Source: Chloroflexi bacterium RBG_13_53_26 (lineage in GTDB: Bacteria > Chloroflexota > Dehalococcoidia > UBA2247 > RBG-13-53-26). Taken from it: a DNA stretch of 34,853 nt. This document shows positions 29,821-34,853 of this stretch, in pieces (within the stretch, counting starts at the first letter, position 1; each line of letters starts with the position of its first letter). The translations under genes and the position numbers were made by a program. The notes beneath the pieces are model-generated. The model was not told where the DNA came from. It saw only the letters and a program-made list of their open reading frames with translations, and made no database searches. The DNA lies in NCBI GenBank assembly GCA_001795035.1, contig MGMW01000075.1, positions 1 to 34,853 on the forward strand. Direction: 5' to 3'.

Positions 29821-31029
29821 TTGCAGGCGTTAGGGGGACTGAAGGTTGCTGACTTTTCGTGGTTCATATCAGGTCCGCTGACAGCCAAATTCCTTGGCGA
29901 CTGCGGAGCTGAAGTGGTTCACATTGAGTCAGGTACCAGTCCTGACAATATGAGAAGCACCATTCCAATGAGGGACAATGTGCCGGGGATCAATCGCTCG
30001 GCAGCCTTCGCTCGCTACAACAGCAGCAAGTATGGACTGAGTCTCAACCTCAAGCAGCCTAATGGAGTGGATATGGCCAAGAAGATCGTGGCATGGGCAG
30101 ATGTCGTGGTGGAGAACTTCAGCTCGGGGACAATGGAGAGGCTTGGCCTGGGCTATGAGGATTTGAAGAAAGCAAGGGCCGATATCATAATGGTGAGCCT
30201 GCCGATGTTCGGGCATACAGGGCCCTGGGCCAGGCACCCCGGTCTTGGTTCTCAGTTGACGGATCTGATCGGGTTTGGCAATGTTACGGGCTGACCTGAT
30301 CGTGAGCCCAGCTCGCCACCCGGCGCCTATACCGATTTCATTACCCCCTATTTTGCTGTTTGTGCCATCATGGCAGCTCTTGATTACCGACGCAGGACTG
30401 GCAGGGGGCAATATATCGAGATATCTCAATATGAAGCAGGTATCCATTTCCTGACGCCGGTTATCATGGACTGGTTTGTACATGGTCGACAGCCAAATCG
30501 AGCGGGCAACAGGTGCAGAGGTGTTGCTCCTTATGGGGTCTACAGATGCTGTGGCCATGAAAGATGGTGTGCCATTGCGGTGTTCACAGAAGGGGAGTGG
30601 CGAAGTCTTTGTGGAGTGATTGAGAAGCCCATCCTGGCTGAGGATCCGAGATTCGCCACCGGGTTGGCTCGGGTTGAGAATTGCGAGCAACTGGATGGAT
30701 TGATAGAAGAGTGGACGAGCAACCGTTCTGACGAAGAGGTGATGAGTTTAATGCAGGAGGCTGGGGTTGCTGCGGGCGCTGTGCTCAATGGCCGCGATCT
30801 GGGTGAAAACGTTCATCTCAACGCCAGGGGTTTCTACAAGGAACTGGTTCATCCGGAGATAGGCCATCATCGCTATCTCTTGCCGCCTTTCAGGCTGTCG
30901 AAGACACCCGGCGAGCCAAGGATGGCGGCCCCCTGTCTGGGCCAGCACAATGAATATGTGTGCAAACGCATTCTGGGCATGAATGACGAAGAATTCATCC
31001 GGTTGCTGAATGAAGGCATCTTTGACTAA
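29821..31029 (+). pseudogene. Family III CoA-transferase interrupted by one in-frame TGA (30292-30294): a pseudogene, a sequencing error or a recoded codon
   Basis: Track ORFs 29821-30294 and 30370-31029 are in the same frame. Reading through gives ...FGHTGPW...GFGNVTG*PDREPSSPPGAYTDFITPYFAVCAIMAALDYRRRTGRGQYIEISQYEAG. This is collinear with the upstream paralog (...YLTGESDRPPVRIG...LTGEGQWVDVSIHEAC). Total length is 402 codons, normal for the family. TTG start after AAGGGGG. Confidence 0.7.
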
Positions 31030-31037
31030 GTGCCTGC

Positions 31038-32213
31038 TTAGCCTCTGGGCAGCCCGAGTCCTCTGAGAGCGATTATGTTTCTCTGGATCTCGGCGGTTCC
31101 AGCTCCTACTGTAGCAGCGGCTGCATAGAAATACTGGCGCTGGAAGAACCCTGAGAGAGGAGCCCATTTGCAGCCCTCGTCGAGTTGCCCGAAAGCCCCA
31201 GTGATCTGCAAGCCAGCTTGAGCCACACGTTGCTGGAACTCGGCGCCGAAGACCCTCGACATCGATGCCTCGTGGTCTACGGCTTTGCCAGCGCCCTGCA
31301 TCCAGACGATGCGGTGTGCAAGGATCCTGGCGGCCTCAGCTTCGACGTACAATTGTGCCAGGCGGTTGCGGATCACCGGGTCTGCAAACAATGGCTTGCC
31401 ATTGCGCTCAGTTTCCTTGGCGAATTCTATGAGACGGGTTAGATTGCGTCGGGCAGCGGCGATCCGGTGAATGCCAGATCTTTCGTAGCCCAATACTGCC
31501 CCCGTTACTCGCCAACCATCGTTCTGCTTCCCCACCAGGTTTTCCCTGGGCACGACCAAGTTATCGAAGAATATCTCGCAATAGGTGCCGACGATATTGG
31601 GCAGGAAACGCACTTCGACGCCAGGACTTTTCAGGTCAACGAGCAAGAAACTTATGCCCTTGTGTTTAGGGGCTTCAGGATCTGTCCTTGCCAGGATGAA
31701 GGTCCAGTCGGCGTGCATAGCGCCGGTGCTCCAAACCTTCTGTCCGTCGACGATGAAATGATCCCCTTTGTCCACAGCCCGAGTTGATACTGCGGCCAGG
31801 TCAGAGCCGGCACCAGGCTCGCTGAAACCCTGACACCAGACCTGTTCTCCGCGGGCGATCTTGGGGAGGAAGTTTTTTTTCTGGGGCTCACTGCCATACT
31901 GTATGAGGGTGGGTGCGCACATGAGAGCGCCCTGGATGTCTACTCCAGGAAGTTCATGGTAGTACATCTCGTCGCTGAGAATGAACTGCTTGGTAGCGGA
32001 GTCTTGCCCTCCATACTCCTTGGGCCAGGAGAGGGAATGCCATCCCTTATCCCCTACTTTACGGAGCATGCCGCGGGCAAATTCCCACTCCTCACCGTCC
32101 TTGGCCTCCTGAAGAAGGCCCGTTCCGGTCCAGTTCTTGGGGAGTTCTTTCTTTATGAACTCAAGGACCTCCTGGTGAAACTTCCTATCCTCTTCGCTGA
32201 AGCTGAAATCCAT
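31038..32213 (-). CDS. Acyl-CoA dehydrogenase
   Basis: 391 aa with CQGFSEPGAGSD, GQKVWSTGA and a C-terminal GAGTAEIQRNIIA motif, typical of the ACAD fold. SD AGGAGG lies upstream of ATG 32213. Confidence 0.9.
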   Translation of the reverse strand: MDFSFSEEDRKFHQEVLEFIKKELPKNWTGTGLLQEAKDGEEWEFARGMLRKVGDKGWHSLSWPKEYGGQDSATKQFILSDEMYYHELPGVDIQGALMCAPTLIQYGSEPQKKNFLPKIARGEQVWCQGFSEPGAGSDLAAVSTRAVDKGDHFIVDGQKVWSTGAMHADWTFILARTDPEAPKHKGISFLLVDLKSPGVEVRFLPNIVGTYCEIFFDNLVVPRENLVGKQNDGWRVTGAVLGYERSGIHRIAAARRNLTRLIEFAKETERNGKPLFADPVIRNRLAQLYVEAEAARILAHRIVWMQGAGKAVDHEASMSRVFGAEFQQRVAQAGLQITGAFGQLDEGCKWAPLSGFFQRQYFYAAAATVGAGTAEIQRNIIALRGLGLPRG

Positions 32214-32242
32214 GTGGCCTCCTGAGCAGGTTTCCTGTGTAG

Positions 32243-32272
32243 ATTGTACGCTGCATTGAACGCAGGTGTCAA
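32243..32272 (-). promoter_or_regulatory. Sigma-70-like promoter for the acyl-CoA dehydrogenase gene
   Basis: On the minus strand: TTGACA (32272-32267), an 18-nt spacer, then TACAAT (32248-32243). It lies about 30 nt upstream of the ACAD start. Confidence 0.45.
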
Positions 32273-32283
32273 AGAATTTGACA
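32267..32283. promoter_or_regulatory. Perfect 7-3-7 palindrome, a candidate operator
   Basis: TGTCAAA-GAA-TTTGACA. It overlaps the -35 of the predicted ACAD promoter, in the divergent region shared with the LuxR-type regulator gene. Confidence 0.45.
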
Positions 32284-32331
32284 TGGCGACTGTCTCCATC
32301 CCCGGTTTGGGGAGATTTGCGTTGCCCGTGG

Positions 32332-32340
32332 TGCTATAAT
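32332..32340 (+). promoter_or_regulatory. Extended -10 promoter element for the response regulator/kinase genes
   Basis: TGcTATAAT lies 25 nt upstream of ATG 32365. No clear -35 is present. Confidence 0.4.
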
Positions 32341-32364
32341 GGACGTGGTTTACGAGGGGGTGAT

Positions 32365-33030
32365 ATGGGCAAGATAAGAGTGCTTATAGCTGATGATCAT
32401 GCGGTGGTGAGGGAAGGGACGAGGAGGATGCTGGAGCAGGAGGCGGACATAGAGGTAGTTGGTGAAGCTGTGGATGGCGAAGAGGCCATAGAGCTAGCTG
32501 AGCGGTTAAGGCCTGACGTAGCCATAGTGGACATATCGATGCCTAGGCTTGACGGGATAGAGGCGACGAAGCAAATCAAGGAGAGGTGTCCGTCGGTGAC
32601 GGTGCTGATCCTGTCGGCGTATGATGATGACCAATTTGTGTTCAGTCTGTTAGAGGCTGGTGCTGCGGGGTACTTACTGAAGAGTATCCGTAGTCGTGAG
32701 CTGGTCGATGCAGTGCGAGCGGTATATGGTGGGGAGTCGGTGCTGCATCCTTCAGTAGCTAAGAAGGTGCTGAACCGTTTTGTAGGTGGCAGTGGGAAGG
32801 TGCCTTCGGGGAGGTCTGTGGAGGTATTAAGTGAGCGGGAGAAGGAGATACTGAGGTTAGCTACGGGGGGGTTAAGCAATGCTGACATAGCCAAGGAGCT
32901 ATGTTTAAGCATACGGACGGTGCAGGGGCACCTGGGGCACATATTCAACAAGCTACAGGTCAGTTCTCGGACAGAGGCTGTGGTACGGGCGTTGAAGGAA
33001 GGCTGGGTCACGCTGGAAGATATACCTTGA
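32365..33030 (+). CDS. Two-component response regulator, NarL/FixJ (LuxR HTH) family
   Basis: The receiver domain starts MGKIRVLIADDH, with phospho-acceptor context VAIVDISMPRLDG. The C-terminal LuxR HTH is LSEREKEILRLATGGLSNADIAKELCLSIRTVQGH. ATG 32365 follows GAGGGGG; the track start at 32266 is unconserved. Confidence 0.92.
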   Translation: MGKIRVLIADDHAVVREGTRRMLEQEADIEVVGEAVDGEEAIELAERLRPDVAIVDISMPRLDGIEATKQIKERCPSVTVLILSAYDDDQFVFSLLEAGAAGYLLKSIRSRELVDAVRAVYGGESVLHPSVAKKVLNRFVGGSGKVPSGRSVEVLSEREKEILRLATGGLSNADIAKELCLSIRTVQGHLGHIFNKLQVSSRTEAVVRALKEGWVTLEDIP

Positions 33031-33083
33031 GGGATGTCCTTCCTGGGGTGGGCAGAGGTGTGGAATAGAGGGGTAAGGTACTG

Positions 33084-34853
33084 TTGAGAACGCGTTTAGT
33101 GAGCGTAGTCAAAAGACCTGGATTCTGGCTGATACTGATTCTACTGGCGCTTATCACCATTCCACACTATCGTGAGACGATAGGCTATCCCCAGTTTCTT
33201 TCCGAAGTATTCGAGGATGTAGGTCTCAGGCGTCATGCTTTTGAGCGAATCCTCTACCTGGCTCCGATAATCTGGGCCGGGTTCCTGTTCGGACAGAGGG
33301 GGATACTGGCTACCTCCTTGGCTGCTCTTGCCTGCATGTTGCCGCGGGCCATCTTTGTCTCAGATCAGCCTACCGATGCTGTTTTTGAGAGCATCGCTGT
33401 GTTCGTCCTGGGTAATGTGGTGGCTCTGTCATTCAAATCCCTAAGGGAGGAACGCACACGGCGTACTCAGCTCGAAATGGCGGAGAAGAGACTTCAATTG
33501 CAGCTCCAGGTAATACAGGAAAATGAGAGAAGGTTGGCTGCCTTGAACCAGACGGCTGCCATACTCTCGCAGTCGCTGCAGCTTCAGGACGTGTTGGATG
33601 GCGCGGTGAGGAATGTTGTCGACGTAATGGGGGTTGATGTTGCCATGATAGCGCTTCTTAACGAAGAGGCTGGTGAACTGGTGGTCTCCGCTCATCATGG
33701 AGCGTCGAAGGAATTTGTCCAAGCTGTTTCCGCAATGAAGATCGGGCAAGGTTTTCGTAGCGGCGTGTCAGAGCCCGGTGAACTGGTGCTTGTGGAGGAT
33801 GCTTTTCAGCACTTTGACCTAGCCAGGCAAGCGGTGAAGGAGGAGGGGATAAGGTCGCACCTTGTTGTGCCGATGAGAGCAAAGGGGATGGTCGTAGGTA
33901 CTCTCTACGTAGCTACGCGCAGCCGGAGGCAGTTTCTTAAGGACGATGTGGAACTGTTGACTGCCATTGCCAACCAGGTTGGAGTTGCCATTGACAATGC
34001 GCGACTCTATGAAAAGGAACGTCTGGCGATGCAGAAGCTGGGTGTTTCTGAGAGAAACTATCGAGGCCTTTTTGAGAACGCTAACGATGCTATCTGGGGC
34101 CATGACCTCGAAGGCAGATATGTGGTGGCCAACAAAGCGTCTGAGAAGGTTACCGGATATAGTGTAGAAGAGCTGCTGGGAATGGATGTGAAGGATTTCC
34201 TTTCGGAAGAGGGGCTAGGTGTTGCCAGGGAAGTGAAGCGGAGACTGTTGGCGAACGAACCTGTGGAGCAACCCTATGAACAGCGGATGATACGTAGAGA
34301 TGGAACAGAGGCGATTCTGAAAGTGACTACCAGCGTAGTTTTGGAAGACGGGAAGCCAGCAGGTTTTCACAATATCGCCAGGGATGTGACAGAGGAAATG
34401 CGGCTGAGGGAGAACCTGCGGCTCTACTTGAGCCAGGTAACCAAGGCTCAGGAAGAAGAGAGAAAACGCATTGCCCGAGAGCTTCACGATGACACCATAC
34501 AGTCTTTGGTGGTCCTTTCACGCCAGCTAGAGGATGCTGCGTCTGGTGGTAAGGGTATGCCCGAAGACAAGAGGCTTCTGTTGGAAAGTCTGCGACAGCA
34601 GACCACCAGCATCATGGATGGGGTAAGGCGTTTGACCCAGGATCTGAGACCCTCCACGCTGGACCGTCTCGGCCTGCTGGCGGGGCTGGAGTGGCTGGCC
34701 AATGACGTGGCGAGATATTCGGGCGTAGCCGTGAAGGTCGGGGTGCTCGGTACAGGGCGGCGGTTGCCTGCAGATGTCGAGCTGACGCTATTCCGCATTG
34801 CGCAGGAAGCATTGAGGAATATGTGGAGGCATGCCCAGGCGACAGAAGCTGAG
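33084..34853 (+). CDS. Membrane sensor histidine kinase (TM region, GAF, PAS, HisKA_3), 3'-truncated by the window end
   Basis: My manual translation shows an open frame from 33069 to the window end (590 codons from TTG 33084, no stop). This explains its absence from the ORF track. It has hydrophobic N-terminal segments, then a GAF-like region (LQDVLDGAVRNVVDVMGVDVAMIALL...VGVAIDNARLYE). A PAS-like region follows (YRGLFENANDAIWGHDLEGRYVVANKA). The H-box is EEERKRIARELHDDTIQSL (His codon 34485-34487), and the N-box begins at FRIAQEALRNMWRHA. The start codon is uncertain (TTG 33084 or GTG 33099). Confidence 0.88.
   Translation, partial: MRTRLVSVVKRPGFWLILILLALITIPHYRETIGYPQFLSEVFEDVGLRRHAFERILYLAPIIWAGFLFGQRGILATSLAALACMLPRAIFVSDQPTDAVFESIAVFVLGNVVALSFKSLREERTRRTQLEMAEKRLQLQLQVIQENERRLAALNQTAAILSQSLQLQDVLDGAVRNVVDVMGVDVAMIALLNEEAGELVVSAHHGASKEFVQAVSAMKIGQGFRSGVSEPGELVLVEDAFQHFDLARQAVKEEGIRSHLVVPMRAKGMVVGTLYVATRSRRQFLKDDVELLTAIANQVGVAIDNARLYEKERLAMQKLGVSERNYRGLFENANDAIWGHDLEGRYVVANKASEKVTGYSVEELLGMDVKDFLSEEGLGVAREVKRRLLANEPVEQPYEQRMIRRDGTEAILKVTTSVVLEDGKPAGFHNIARDVTEEMRLRENLRLYLSQVTKAQEEERKRIARELHDDTIQSLVVLSRQLEDAASGGKGMPEDKRLLLESLRQQTTSIMDGVRRLTQDLRPSTLDRLGLLAGLEWLANDVARYSGVAVKVGVLGTGRRLPADVELTLFRIAQEALRNMWRHAQATEAE

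Noticed and set aside
30292-30294. Alternative genetic code (TGA read as Trp or Gly) as the explanation for the in-frame TGA.
   Set aside because: TGA is the genuine stop of several conserved genes in the same window, at positions matching normal family lengths. Examples are rplC 4398-4400, rpsE 11786-11788, secY 13724-13726 and rpsD 16967-16969. A genome-wide reassignment is therefore not supported.
30295-30360. A canonical bacterial SECIS element downstream of the in-frame TGA.
   Set aside because: Only a 6-bp stem with a CCA triloop is visible. I could not find a longer stem-loop with a G/U-containing apical loop at the expected spacing. I did not call it a selenoprotein, and it remains only one hypothesis.
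1-34853. CRISPR arrays, tRNA/rRNA genes, transposases or integrases, toxin-antitoxin pairs, and defence or phage genes.
   Set aside because: I found no periodic repeat-spacer structure and no tRNA-like T-arm signatures in the intergenic gaps. Every sizeable ORF is accounted for by a housekeeping or metabolic family. There is no evidence for a mobile or defence island in this window.

Overview
This window is mostly core housekeeping DNA. Gene order and roughly 50% GC fit a Chloroflexota/Dehalococcoidia-like bacterium, but that is inference only.

(1) Positions 1-19910, + strand: one uninterrupted ribosomal super-operon of 37 genes. It runs rpsL-rpsG-fusA, then S10-, spc- and alpha-type blocks, then truA-rplM-rpsI. 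It includes secY, adk, map, infA and a 37-codon rpmJ that the ORF track missed. There is no tuf gene between fusA and rpsJ.

(2) Positions 19993-28419, - strand: a co-directional cluster, mtnA-mtnP-(short MetE-like methionine synthase)-[405-nt untranslated gap]-ahcY-metK-phosphomannomutase-PGI/PMI. It amounts to a compact activated-methyl-cycle plus partial MTA-salvage locus.

(3) Positions 28575-34853: two tandem family-III CoA-transferases, a convergent acyl-CoA dehydrogenase, and a divergent LuxR-type response regulator. A membrane GAF-PAS-HisKA_3 histidine kinase follows and runs off the window end, so it is absent from the ORF track.

I saw no rRNA, tRNA, CRISPR array, transposase, integrase, phage or recognisable defence genes, and I cannot point to a convincing novel multi-gene system.

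The observations most worth follow-up:
- A single in-frame TGA splits the second CoA-transferase at a conserved motif.
- A 405-nt leader lies upstream of ahcY-metK.
- A core-MetE-like gene is fused into an mtnA-mtnP operon.
- A perfect 7-3-7 palindrome overlaps the dehydrogenase promoter.
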